32,000 bases of DNA from an archaeon (GTDB lineage Archaea > Asgardarchaeota > Thorarchaeia > Thorarchaeales > Thorarchaeaceae). The notes below the pieces were generated by a model. It was not told where the DNA came from. It was given only the letters and a program-made list of their open reading frames with translations, and did not search any database. Shown here one piece after another: positions 1 to 8,641 of the stretch. Each line of letters begins with the position of its first letter. The first letter of the stretch is position 1. Location: positions 122,579 to 154,578 of the forward strand of contig JAJRZD010000043.1 in the NCBI GenBank assembly GCA_024275415.1, in the 5' to 3' direction. The position numbers and the translations under genes are program-made.

Positions 1-1610
1 GGTTCCACCGGAATTGCTGGCGCCGGGAGTCGGAACACTGAACGTGACCCATGTAGAACCTCCGTCAGTCTGGCGACCATAACTCGTATCATCAGCGGAG
101 CTGCTGTACGTATAGCTATCCAACACTGTTGTGCCATCAGGCTTGATGAAATTGACCGTGTCACCAGCGTTGTTTAGTGCGATGCCAGTAGTACTCTGGT
201 AGAAGACGATGAACCCGTATGCAGGTATCGTCGTTCCAGCTGGGATAGTGTATGCGCCTGTCCCTCCAGTGGTGATGTCATCAAGTATGTAGCCTGAGAT
301 GTCAACAGTGACACCTGACGGGTTATAGAGCTCAATCCACTCTTCGCTATAGAGCGATAGCGGGTCAGGGAGGAACTCGTTCAGCACGACTAGGTCAGCA
401 AGATTTGAACTGCCTCCGTTGGACTCGCCAGGAGTGGGAGTGTTGAATGTTATCCAATTCGCTGCGCCATCCGTTTCTCTGCCATAGCTGACATCATCAG
501 TAGAGCTGGAATAGGAGTAGCTATCCAGTACCGTTGTCCCATCAGGCTTCAGGAAGTTCACTGTGTCGCCTGCATTGTTCAATGCGATACCAGTAGTACT
601 CTGGTAGAAGACTATGAACCCATAGGCGGGCACTGTCGTTCCAGCAGGGATGGTATAGGCACCAGTCCCTCCAGATGTGATGTCATCAAGCACATAGCCA
701 GACAAATCGACTGCCGTATCAGAGGGGTTGTACAGTTCAATCCATTCTTCTGTGTACAACGATAGCGGGTCGGGTAGGAATTCGTTCAAGACCACAACGT
801 CAGCAGTAGCACCTGGAGGTGTATTGGACTCGCCAGGGGTAGGAGTGTCGAAGGTGATCCAGTTCGCACCGCCATCTGTTTCTCGACCATAGCTAACATC
901 ATCAGCAGAGCTGGAATAGGAATAGCTGTCTAGAACTGTTGTGCCATCAGGCTGGATGAAGTTGACTGTATCCCCTGCATTGTTCAGTGCAATGCCTGTT
1001 GTGCTCTGATAGAACACGATGAATCCGTTGGCTGGGATTGTTGTACCGGCTGGGATAGTATAGGCACCAGTCCCTCCAGTGGTGATGTCATCGAGTACGT
1101 AACCCGACACATCGACTGACACATCCGAAGGATTGTACAGTTCAATCCACTCCTCTGTGTACAGCGATAGCGGGTCGGGGAGGAACTCGTTCAACACGAC
1201 CAGATCAGCAAGGTTCGATGTACCTCCATTAGACGCACCCGGAGTCGGGGTATCAAAGGTCACCCATGTGGATCCCCCATCAACCTCTCTGCCATGGCTT
1301 ACATCGTTCGCCGATGATGAGTACGAGTAACTGTCAACGACTGTTGCGCCATCGGGCTTCAGTAGATTGACATCATCGCCAGCGTTGTTCAGCGTGATGC
1401 CTGTTGTACTCTGGTAGAAGACCATGAAACCACGTGCAGGGATCACTGTTCCCGCTGGTATCGTGTACGGACTTGTCCCTCCACCAATCAGGTCATCAAG
1501 GACGTAGCCTGAGAGGTCTGCATCGACATCTTGAGGGTTATAGAGCTCAATCCACTCCTCAGTATAAACAACATCGGGGTCTGGAAGGAACTCGTTGATT
1601 ACTACAAGAT
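1..1610 (-). repeat. Four intragenic tandem lamin-tail-domain repeats, 405-nt (135-aa) period
   Basis: The NEF anchor (GAA on + strand) recurs at 1588, 1183, 778 and 373, exactly 405 nt apart. Each unit runs NEFLPDP...WIELYNP...TLNNAGD/ALNNAGD...PTPGxSN. Confidence 0.95.
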
Positions 1611-3135
1611 CTGCACTGCCGCCACCACCGCCGCCAGCATCAGTAGTCGCCACAGCTGGGTCAGATTTGAGTCCTTCATTTAGACTCGTGTCCACCGCCG
1701 AAACCTCATAGGTGTACTGTGTACTCGCAGCCAATCCCGTATCACTATAAGATGTACCATACACCTGTGCTATCTGTGCCCCGTCTCGATAGATGCGATA
1801 GAACGAAAGATCAGGCTCAGAGTTAGGACTCCATGAGAGGTCTATCTGGGACGAGCTGGCGGGTGTTGCGCTCAGTCCTGTGACCTTTGCTGGAGGAATG
1901 GTGTCCGAGGGCTGGGTCGAGTTCCACGCAATGAACACATCCACAGAGTAGTGGTCAGAACCGGTGTCAGCAGTAGGAGTGTCACCGGTGGTGGAATTGA
2001 TGAGCTTGCCATTGAAGAACGAGTTCACCACGATATAGTCAATCCTTGAAGTGTAGGTCGGGTTCTGATGACCATATGTATAGCCGGGAATTGTCGGGTT
2101 CAAACTTCTGAACACATCAGTGAATGTATGTACCTTGGAAGAGTACTGACCATAGGTAGGGTCTCCTGGATAGAGCTTCATTGTCATAGGGCCATAGCCC
2201 AAATCACCCAGAGGTGCAAGATCACCAGTGTCATCGGGTGAGAATGAGTTAAGGTCACCCATGTACATGATCGGCACATTGCCCAAGTTGTCCATGTAAT
2301 TGATGATGCCTTCTGTTTCCCTTTCTCGTCTCCACTCATTAGTGGCTCCAGATATTGCCTTGAGATGCGCCCCGATGATATGGACAGTAGTTCCATCTAT
2401 ATCAACCGCTGCATCGATGAAATCATGGGTAACATCGTAGTCGCTATTGTCATCCAATGGAACCAATGGGATTTGTGTGAACTGGATGATGGGGAATCTG
2501 CTGAGGATGGCAGCTCCACTTGTCGAATAGGTTATCCCTTGGGCGCAATAGCCCGTGTAGGGAGCCTCATTCACGAAATACGCATTGAATTCATCAATGA
2601 CCGAGTTCAGAATAAGGTCGTTGTTGTCATCCCATGTACCCGTTTCGATTGCGACAAGGATGTCGGGGTTCTCCTCCTTCACGACCTGTTTCCAGTCAGC
2701 ATTGGCTCCACCAGCTTCGATATTATAGGTCATGACCTTGAAGGCACTAGTCGTGGTCGCCGCACGCGATCCCGCACTGTTGTCCACGGTCACACTGATG
2801 GTATCCTCTCCCCAATTCTTTGCCTTGTCCTTTGCACGACAGGTTATGCTATACGTCCCATCATTCTCTAACATCGTGTCCCATTGATACGTGCTCTGGG
2901 TATCAACGAGTACCGAGTCGATATAGATCTCGTAGGCGGTTATAGGACTATCATCCGTTGCATCGAACGAAATTGTGACAGTACCAGAAACCGTAGCCCC
3001 AGCAGCGGGACTTGTTATATTTATCACTGGTGCAGTGGTATCCTTTGGAGGCTTTGCAGCCAGCAATGGTGTCATGACCAGTGATAGGAGCATAGTACCT
3101 AAAATGACGATTACTACAAATCGAATTTTCCGCAA
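1..3135 (-). CDS. Secreted multidomain EEP (exonuclease/endonuclease/phosphatase) family enzyme: signal peptide, Ig-like, EEP, FN3, at least 4 lamin-tail domains; C-terminus runs off the window
   Basis: Translated by hand; open from TTG at 3135 (AGGAGA upstream) to base 1 and absent from the ORF track. Hydrophobic leader RKIRFVVIVILGTMLLSLVMTPLLA. Ig-like DTTAPVINITSP...WGEDTISVTVDN (~3040-2785). EEP motifs VMTYNI, IETG, GAHLK, GDLNS, RIDYI, SDHY (~2755-1925). FN3 PPAKVTGLSATP...YTYEVSAVD (~1915-1640). LTD motif VLNEFLPDP...EEWIELYNP. Confidence 0.9.
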   Translation of the reverse strand, partial: MRKIRFVVIVILGTMLLSLVMTPLLAAKPPKDTTAPVINITSPAAGATVSGTVTISFDATDDSPITAYEIYIDSVLVDTQSTYQWDTMLENDGTYSITCRAKDKAKNWGEDTISVTVDNSAGSRAATTTSAFKVMTYNIEAGGANADWKQVVKEENPDILVAIETGTWDDNNDLILNSVIDEFNAYFVNEAPYTGYCAQGITYSTSGAAILSRFPIIQFTQIPLVPLDDNSDYDVTHDFIDAAVDIDGTTVHIIGAHLKAISGATNEWRRERETEGIINYMDNLGNVPIMYMGDLNSFSPDDTGDLAPLGDLGYGPMTMKLYPGDPTYGQYSSKVHTFTDVFRSLNPTIPGYTYGHQNPTYTSRIDYIVVNSFFNGKLINSTTGDTPTADTGSDHYSVDVFIAWNSTQPSDTIPPAKVTGLSATPASSSQIDLSWSPNSEPDLSFYRIYRDGAQIAQVYGTSYSDTGLAASTQYTYEVSAVDTSLNEGLKSDPAVATTDAGGGGGGSADLVVINEFLPDPDVVYTEEWIELYNPQDVDADLSGYVLDDLIGGGTSPYTIPAGTVIPARGFMVFYQSTTGITLNNAGDDVNLLKPDGATVVDSYSYSSSANDVSHGREVDGGSTWVTFDTPTPGASNGGTSNLADLVVLNEFLPDPLSLYTEEWIELYNPSDVSVDVSGYVLDDITTGGTGAYTIPAGTTIPANGFIVFYQSTTGIALNNAGDTVNFIQPDGTTVLDSYSYSSSADDVSYGRETDGGANWITFDTPTPGESNTPPGATADVVVLNEFLPDPLSLYTEEWIELYNPSDTAVDLSGYVLDDITSGGTGAYTIPAGTTVPAYGFIVFYQSTTGIALNNAGDTVNFLKPDGTTVLDSYSYSSSTDDVSYGRETDGAANWITFNTPTPGESNGGSSNLADLVVLNEFLPDPLSLYSEEWIELYNPSGVTVDISGYILDDITTGGTGAYTIPAGTTIPAYGFIVFYQSTTGIALNNAGDTVNFIKPDGTTVLDSYTYSSSADDTSYGRQTDGGSTWVTFSVPTPGASNSGGT

Positions 3136-3202
3136 ACCACGCGCTCTCCTGTGGGGCTCCAATACGACATAGTAGTAATAAGAGTTTTGAGCAGGACGAA
3201 TC

Positions 3203-3248
3203 ATTGCCACACTTCCAAATATTACCCAGTTGTGGTACTTGTGGCAAT
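3203..3248. promoter_or_regulatory. 9-bp inverted repeat in the divergent nuclease/pncB intergenic region
   Basis: ATTGCCACA (3203-3211) and TGTGGCAAT (3240-3248), 28-nt spacer. Function unknown. Confidence 0.3.
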
Positions 3249-3307
3249 CCTGTCAGGTTTCACATTGTTTTTGAATGTCTAGTCCTTGACAATGACGGGT
3301 AATAGAC

Positions 3308-4525
3308 TTGCGAAGATGGCGAATTGCTACTGAAGATGAGATTAAACAAGGCCGGACAACAGACATCTACTTTGAACGGACTCTGGAGGTTCTAAGGGCA
3401 GAAGGTGTGAACCCACTCGTCCATATCGAGGCGACTGTTTCGGGCATCCCGGCGGGGATGGACTGGGGTGTCATTGCTGGGGTGAATGACATACTACGCC
3501 TGTTTGAAGGGACAGCTGTAGACATCTATGGTCTTGAAGAGGGGACAGTGTTCTACCCTCGGGATGGGAAAGGAGTCCGTACCCCTGTCCTGGCCATCGA
3601 GGGCCCATACCAAGAGTTTGCTACTCTTGAAACCCCGTTGCTCGGCTTCCTGTGTCATACTTCAGGAATGGTTTCTAGGACCGCCCATATCCGTGTAGCG
3701 TGTGGTGACAAGGCACTGCTCTCATTCGGGGCACGAAGAACCCATCCGGCTATAACTCCTCAAGTGGAATATGCAGCTTTCATCGGAGGTTGTGATGGCG
3801 TGTCTTGTGTTCTCGGTGCAGAGATGTTGGGCATTCAGGCATCCGGAACAATGCCCCATGCTCTCATCATCGCTTTTCAGGATCATGTAAGAGCATGGCA
3901 GGCTTATGATTCTCATATGCCCAAGGATATTGCTAGGATTGCCCTGACAGATACCTATCTAGATGAGGTGTACGAGTCACTATTGGCCGCCGATAACGTC
4001 AAACAACTTGAAGGTGTTCGCCTCGATACCACGAGCAGCCGCCGGGGAAACTTCAAGGACATCATCCGAGAAGTTAGATGGGAACTCGACATCCGCGGAC
4101 ACAAAGATGTGAAGATATTCATTAGTGGTGGTCTAGACATCGAGTCTATCAACGAACTGCGAATCCCAGAGGTGGACGGCTTCGGGGTCGGTGGTGCAAT
4201 CAGCAATTCGCCATCCATCGATTTCGCAATGGACATTGTATCGATCAAGAAAGACGGTGTCTGGGAGCCCTCTGCGAAACGTGGGAAGTTCTCGGGCAGA
4301 AAGACAGCGTGGCAGTGCAAGGGATGCCTGTCCATGGCTACGACACTACTTGATTCTGAGCCTCCACTATGTGAGGTCTGTGGCAAACCGATGCAACCAG
4401 CCACCAAGAAACTGATGGAAGGCGGTCAGATATTGGACGCCCCCAAGAACCCGACGGAGATCAGAAACCATGTGCTGAAACAGCTCGACATTTTGAAACG
4501 ACGTGAGGAGGCAAGTACAAAATGA
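3308..4525 (+). CDS. pncB: Nicotinate phosphoribosyltransferase (archaeal type)
   Basis: TTDIYF, SFGARR, GTMPH (phospho-His), DTY, VRLDT, ISGG, FGVG motifs; TTG start. Confidence 0.93.
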   Translation: MRRWRIATEDEIKQGRTTDIYFERTLEVLRAEGVNPLVHIEATVSGIPAGMDWGVIAGVNDILRLFEGTAVDIYGLEEGTVFYPRDGKGVRTPVLAIEGPYQEFATLETPLLGFLCHTSGMVSRTAHIRVACGDKALLSFGARRTHPAITPQVEYAAFIGGCDGVSCVLGAEMLGIQASGTMPHALIIAFQDHVRAWQAYDSHMPKDIARIALTDTYLDEVYESLLAADNVKQLEGVRLDTTSSRRGNFKDIIREVRWELDIRGHKDVKIFISGGLDIESINELRIPEVDGFGVGGAISNSPSIDFAMDIVSIKKDGVWEPSAKRGKFSGRKTAWQCKGCLSMATTLLDSEPPLCEVCGKPMQPATKKLMEGGQILDAPKNPTEIRNHVLKQLDILKRREEASTK

Positions 4526-5073
4526 CTGACACGGCAATCCTAGTGATTGACATGCTGAATGACTTCGTACATGACGGTGGTTCACTTGTTGTACCAAAGG
4601 CAAAAGACCTCATCCCGAATCAAAGACAAATTCTTGAATTTGCACGGGAGAGAGATATGCTCATTGTATATCTCACGGACAGCCACCTCCCCGACGACCC
4701 AGAGTTCGAGATGTGGCCTACCCATGCGGTGCAGGGAACCGATGGTGCACGAGTCATCGATGAGCTATCCCCTCAAGAAGGTGACCGCGTCATTCCAAAA
4801 CGAAAGTATTCAGGGTTCTATGAAACAGATCTTGACAGTACATTGAGGGAGAAGCATATCGAGCGTGTGATTCTCATTGGCGTTCTTACCGATATCTGTG
4901 TGATGTATACATCTGCTGATGCATCCGCGAGAGGATATCAAGTCTACATAGTTGATGATGCAACTGGAAGCTCATCCGAGAAAAACCACAAGTTCGCAAT
5001 CGAACACATCAAGTCCGTACATGGAGCGGTCGTGCTTTCCACTCCTGAACTAATCACGATGCTTGAATCATAG
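4522..5073 (+). CDS. pncA: Nicotinamidase / isochorismatase-family cysteine hydrolase
   Basis: IDMLNDF, DSH...DPEF..WPTH, KRKYSGF, GVLTDICV triad motifs; ATGA overlap with pncB. Confidence 0.88.
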   Translation: MTDTAILVIDMLNDFVHDGGSLVVPKAKDLIPNQRQILEFARERDMLIVYLTDSHLPDDPEFEMWPTHAVQGTDGARVIDELSPQEGDRVIPKRKYSGFYETDLDSTLREKHIERVILIGVLTDICVMYTSADASARGYQVYIVDDATGSSSEKNHKFAIEHIKSVHGAVVLSTPELITMLES

Positions 5074-5337
5074 GTTCTCAGAGAAGGAAGTCCTCTCATC
5101 GCTTCGGTACACTTTCCAATAGTATCCTACATATGCGAGGTAGACAAGTGAGAACGCCATTGCTGCCAGAGCAGTATGAAGAGGTTCGAACTGGATGAAA
5201 CCGTAATATGCAAGAAGATATGCAACAGTCGGTGTAAGAACGAATGTGATAATCGCGTATTGCGGGAACGTATAGAATGGTCTGGTTCGTGGCTGGTATC
5301 TCTTTTCTTGTTGCTCGTTAGACATTACAATCATCAA
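5068..5337 (-). CDS. Small membrane protein with about two TM segments (start may be ATG 5325)
   Basis: Charged N-terminus followed by two hydrophobic stretches; converges on the pncA stop. Confidence 0.6.
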   Translation of the reverse strand: MMIVMSNEQQEKRYQPRTRPFYTFPQYAIITFVLTPTVAYLLAYYGFIQFEPLHTALAAMAFSLVYLAYVGYYWKVYRSDERTSFSENL

Positions 5338-5468
5338 TCTATTGGTGTGATGTGCCTTTAGCCTATGGATAGTGACATACTGGTTCGAAAAACCAGCAAT
5401 ATACGCACCCGGATAGAAAGTCTGAACTGCTCGTCTATCTGGTTTGAGCTAAAATACGATCCATGATA

Positions 5469-5602
5469 CGAAACATCGACAATTTATCCGCTCAAGAAGG
5501 TGACTGCGCCATCCCAAAGCAAAAGTGCTCTGGATTCCAGTGGGCTAGCATCGGACATGCTCCAATGGAGGGACATATCGAGGGAATGCTCCTCACCGGT
5601 GA
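5469..5602 (+). pseudogene. Degenerate internal fragment of pncA
   Basis: Gap-free alignment to 4749-4882 (offset 720 nt): RNIDNLSAQEGDCAIPKQKCSGF...HIEGMLLTG vs RVIDELSPQEGDRVIPKRKYSGF...HIERVILIG, 22 of 44 aa identical by my count. Confidence 0.75.
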
Positions 5603-5891
5603 AGGATTCGGTAATCCTGCGAGTAAGAGCATTAGTAACTGCCTGCAACCGTTTATTGTAAGTTGTACAATCCTGGACACCAGAGTGTTGTACTCCCAGA
5701 GAACGGTACTGGGTGGACTCTGTGAGATCCTACGTGTGTCATGGATGGTCTCACTGAGTATGTCTCGTCAAAACTATACAAACACCCACAACAAGATGAC
5801 CATGATCGTCTAGGTATTATACAGCTGTTGTCAACCCATAAATGAACATTAAATACATCTCACGTCATAATGGACAATGGTTGGTGATACA

Positions 5892-6515
5892 ATGAACCCC
5901 AATGACAGGACGAATAATAGAAGCCTCAAGATTGAGGCATTTCGTTGTCCCAATTGTGGAGCACCCTTGAAAAGCAGGTATCTCACGAATTGCCCAAACT
6001 GTGGGGTAGAGCTTAGAATTGAGGAGGAATCAGACATTGTTATGGAAGTTGATGTGTTAGACTCGGGCATCTTCGACCCCGAGAATGTATGGTTACTCAC
6101 TGATATTGTGGCAAAAGCCAACTTTAGGTTTGAAGGTAAATTGCGAGAGTTGGAGCAAGATGTGCGGTTCAATGTAATGAGGGGACGACCGTGGAAGAAC
6201 GAGGATATTGAATACATGAAGGAAATAAAGCGATTGCTAGACGCTGGAGTCATAAGACGAACAACAAGTTATTGGTTTGGTAGCCCGTTTCCAACAATCT
6301 TCAAGGCAATCAAGGACGGGTTAATGACAGTTGGAGGAAAGAAGTACAAGTTCAAAGATGGAGATGAAATCGTGTGGCAATGTCAGATGAGCCGTGAAGC
6401 GCAAGGGCTAGATGGCCCAGTATTCATCGGTAGACTGTCTCCTAGGGCTATGGCTCATCTATGTAAACAGATGGAAAGCTCGATGAAAGCTGCTGGCAGA
6501 CTTATGGAGATGTGA
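5892..6515 (+). CDS. Hypothetical protein with N-terminal double-CPNC zinc ribbon; paralogue of 6512..7015
   Basis: CPNC-x11-CPNC, then the shared domain. GGTGA RBS precedes ATG 5892 (track start 5877). Confidence 0.8.
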   Translation: MNPNDRTNNRSLKIEAFRCPNCGAPLKSRYLTNCPNCGVELRIEEESDIVMEVDVLDSGIFDPENVWLLTDIVAKANFRFEGKLRELEQDVRFNVMRGRPWKNEDIEYMKEIKRLLDAGVIRRTTSYWFGSPFPTIFKAIKDGLMTVGGKKYKFKDGDEIVWQCQMSREAQGLDGPVFIGRLSPRAMAHLCKQMESSMKAAGRLMEM

Positions 6516-7015
6516 GTAGAATGTTTAGAAGATTAAGAGGCATCACTGGAGACGATGATGAAGTCGAACAGGTCGTAGATGTTTCAAACCTTGATCCTAA
6601 TGATGTGCTATTGTTTAGCGACCCACAAGCTGTTGAAAAGTACAGGCGAGAGGGACGACTTGATGAATTGAAACATGATATACAATACAGTGTCATGCGT
6701 GGGAAACCATGGCTTCAGGAAGAATTGGAATACAAGGCAGAGATATTGCGTTTGTTGGAGGAGGGTATTATAGTGCCAAAGGGAGCCTGGTGGTGGTCAT
6801 CACCGCATCCCCCTGTATATCGTTCACAAAAAAAGGGTCGCATCCGTATTGGCGGAAAAGTGTACAAATTTGGGAAAAACTATGACATTACGTTTCAATG
6901 TCAGATGGAACGGGAATCTCGGGGTCTTACTGCACCTCTACTGATTGGGAGGTTCAATCCCACCAACAAGACCGAACTCTGCGGGAAAATGAGTGGTTCT
7001 ATGAAAGGGATGTGA
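6512..7015 (+). CDS. Hypothetical protein, tandem paralogue of 5892..6515 without the zinc ribbon
   Basis: Shares VMRGxPW, RLLxxG, SPxP, GGKxYKF, QCQMxRE, IGR, LCxxM; GTGA start/stop overlap. Confidence 0.8.
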   Translation: MSRMFRRLRGITGDDDEVEQVVDVSNLDPNDVLLFSDPQAVEKYRREGRLDELKHDIQYSVMRGKPWLQEELEYKAEILRLLEEGIIVPKGAWWWSSPHPPVYRSQKKGRIRIGGKVYKFGKNYDITFQCQMERESRGLTAPLLIGRFNPTNKTELCGKMSGSMKGM

Positions 7016-7158
7016 AGCGTAAAGAATTCGTAGACATTTGGCATCAGGGCAATGTAAATCAACAATAGATACACTCCGCTTGAGAGCGTGAGTTGTTCAT
7101 CTGTCGAGTATAATCTAAAATATGGTCGCCGAGCATAGTGTATTGAGTTGAAGATAAA

Positions 7159-8634
7159 TTGTTGGGATTTGCTCTCCTCGTTTTGCACGTAGTGATATAC
7201 TCATCATTGGGGATTGCGTTCTATGCGCTGAGAAGTCGCCTATCGCTCATTCCATTCTATCTATTCCTTGGCACATTGCAGGTCTATGTTTCACTGATGA
7301 GCAGCTTCTATGTCATAGATATCGGGTTCGGGATCCAAGTCGGGGGAGGCAACATCGTCTATTCAGCAGTTATCTGGTCAGTAATGCTGTTCTATATCAT
7401 GGAGCGAGATACAGACCTGACAAAGATGGTGATATACAGTCTTACAGCAATCCAGATCATATTCATACTTGTTTATCCTATGTTTTATCTGGCAATAGAA
7501 AGCGATGAAATTATCAATCCGTTGCTGGTTCCTAGTGAGATCTTTCAGACTAGTTTTGGGATATTCGTCGTAGGCAATCTATTGGCCCTGTTGGAGCTGA
7601 TAGCAATGGTCTTTGTGTTGCAACGATTGTCTCAGAAATACCCACGTATACCTCCGGTAATTCTTGTTATCCTGACATACATCATGACTCTGCTAGCCGA
7701 TGGCGTTCTATTTCCCCTGTTCGCCTTTCCGATCACTCAGTCGATTTCTGTGGTGCAAGGCATCTCATCAGTTCTCAACAAGCTGGTTCTCGGTGTCCTG
7801 TTCAGCCTGATGATGTTCATAGCGATACAAATTCTGGGCCCGAAGTTTGCCACGCCATTTACTGGGGCGAAAGGTTCTATATCTGAAATCTTCAGGCTCC
7901 CAAAAAGAGATGTCATTGCAGCTCTCCATAAAGCTGAAGAGAATCGTAGGATGATACGTCTGCTGATGAGCTTGCTTGGCCACGACCTGTCCAACTACAA
8001 TCAAAGCCTCCTTCTCTATTTAGGCATGATTGAGAAAGCGAATTTAGGGCTAGATGAGGAAACCCTCGCGATGATACACAACAGCAAACAGATGGTCTGG
8101 GAGTCTACCAACCTTGTCAACAATATCCTAAGCCTAAACAAGGTACAGGATGCGATACTTGTCCCCGAACCAGTCGATGTGTCCCAACTATTCGATAAGG
8201 CACTGGAACGAACAAAGAAAGCATATGCTTACAAGAACATCATAATTCATGGACGAGAACATCTTCAGGATGTTTATGCTTTGGCACATCCGCTTCTCTC
8301 TGATGTGTTCTACAATGTACTCTCCAACGCCATCAAGCATAACCATCCTAATATGACAGAAATCACCATCGACCTTATTGTTCAAGAGAAGGGCAGGTAC
8401 TGGATAATTGGGCTTGCTGATAATGGGCCTGGGATACCAGATTCGATGAAGACGACCATCTTTGAACTGCAAAACGCAGGGAAACAGCAGGGGCTTGGGC
8501 TGTCCCTTGTCAAGACGATTCTCCAGAAGATACGCTCAGACATTTGGGTTGAGAACCGACCTGAAAGCCCAGAGGATCATACTACAGGAGCGGTGTTCTA
8601 TATCAAAATGCCAAAGTCCTCGCGCAGGATTTGA
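7159..8634 (+). CDS. Membrane sensor histidine kinase with multi-TM N-terminal input domain
   Basis: H-box LLGHDLSN, N-box VLSNAIKH, G1 DNGPGIPD, G2 GLGLSLVK; about 7 TM helices in the first ~225 aa. Confidence 0.9.
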   Translation: MLGFALLVLHVVIYSSLGIAFYALRSRLSLIPFYLFLGTLQVYVSLMSSFYVIDIGFGIQVGGGNIVYSAVIWSVMLFYIMERDTDLTKMVIYSLTAIQIIFILVYPMFYLAIESDEIINPLLVPSEIFQTSFGIFVVGNLLALLELIAMVFVLQRLSQKYPRIPPVILVILTYIMTLLADGVLFPLFAFPITQSISVVQGISSVLNKLVLGVLFSLMMFIAIQILGPKFATPFTGAKGSISEIFRLPKRDVIAALHKAEENRRMIRLLMSLLGHDLSNYNQSLLLYLGMIEKANLGLDEETLAMIHNSKQMVWESTNLVNNILSLNKVQDAILVPEPVDVSQLFDKALERTKKAYAYKNIIIHGREHLQDVYALAHPLLSDVFYNVLSNAIKHNHPNMTEITIDLIVQEKGRYWIIGLADNGPGIPDSMKTTIFELQNAGKQQGLGLSLVKTILQKIRSDIWVENRPESPEDHTTGAVFYIKMPKSSRRI

Positions 8635-8641
8635 ATGCGTG

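Noticed and set aside
1-1610. Regular repeats as a CRISPR array, or LTDs as evidence of a nuclear lamin homologue
   Set aside because: The repeats are 405-nt in-frame protein domains without spacers. LTDs are widespread in prokaryotic secreted enzymes and there is no coiled-coil rod.
1133-3247. Track ORFs 1133..1330, 2184..2396, 2365..2871, 2884..3084, 2951..3247, 2975..3172
   Set aside because: Shadow frames of the long minus-strand EEP-LTD gene.
5375-5400. GGTTCGAA resembling a tRNA T-loop
   Set aside because: No acceptor, D or anticodon stems around it.
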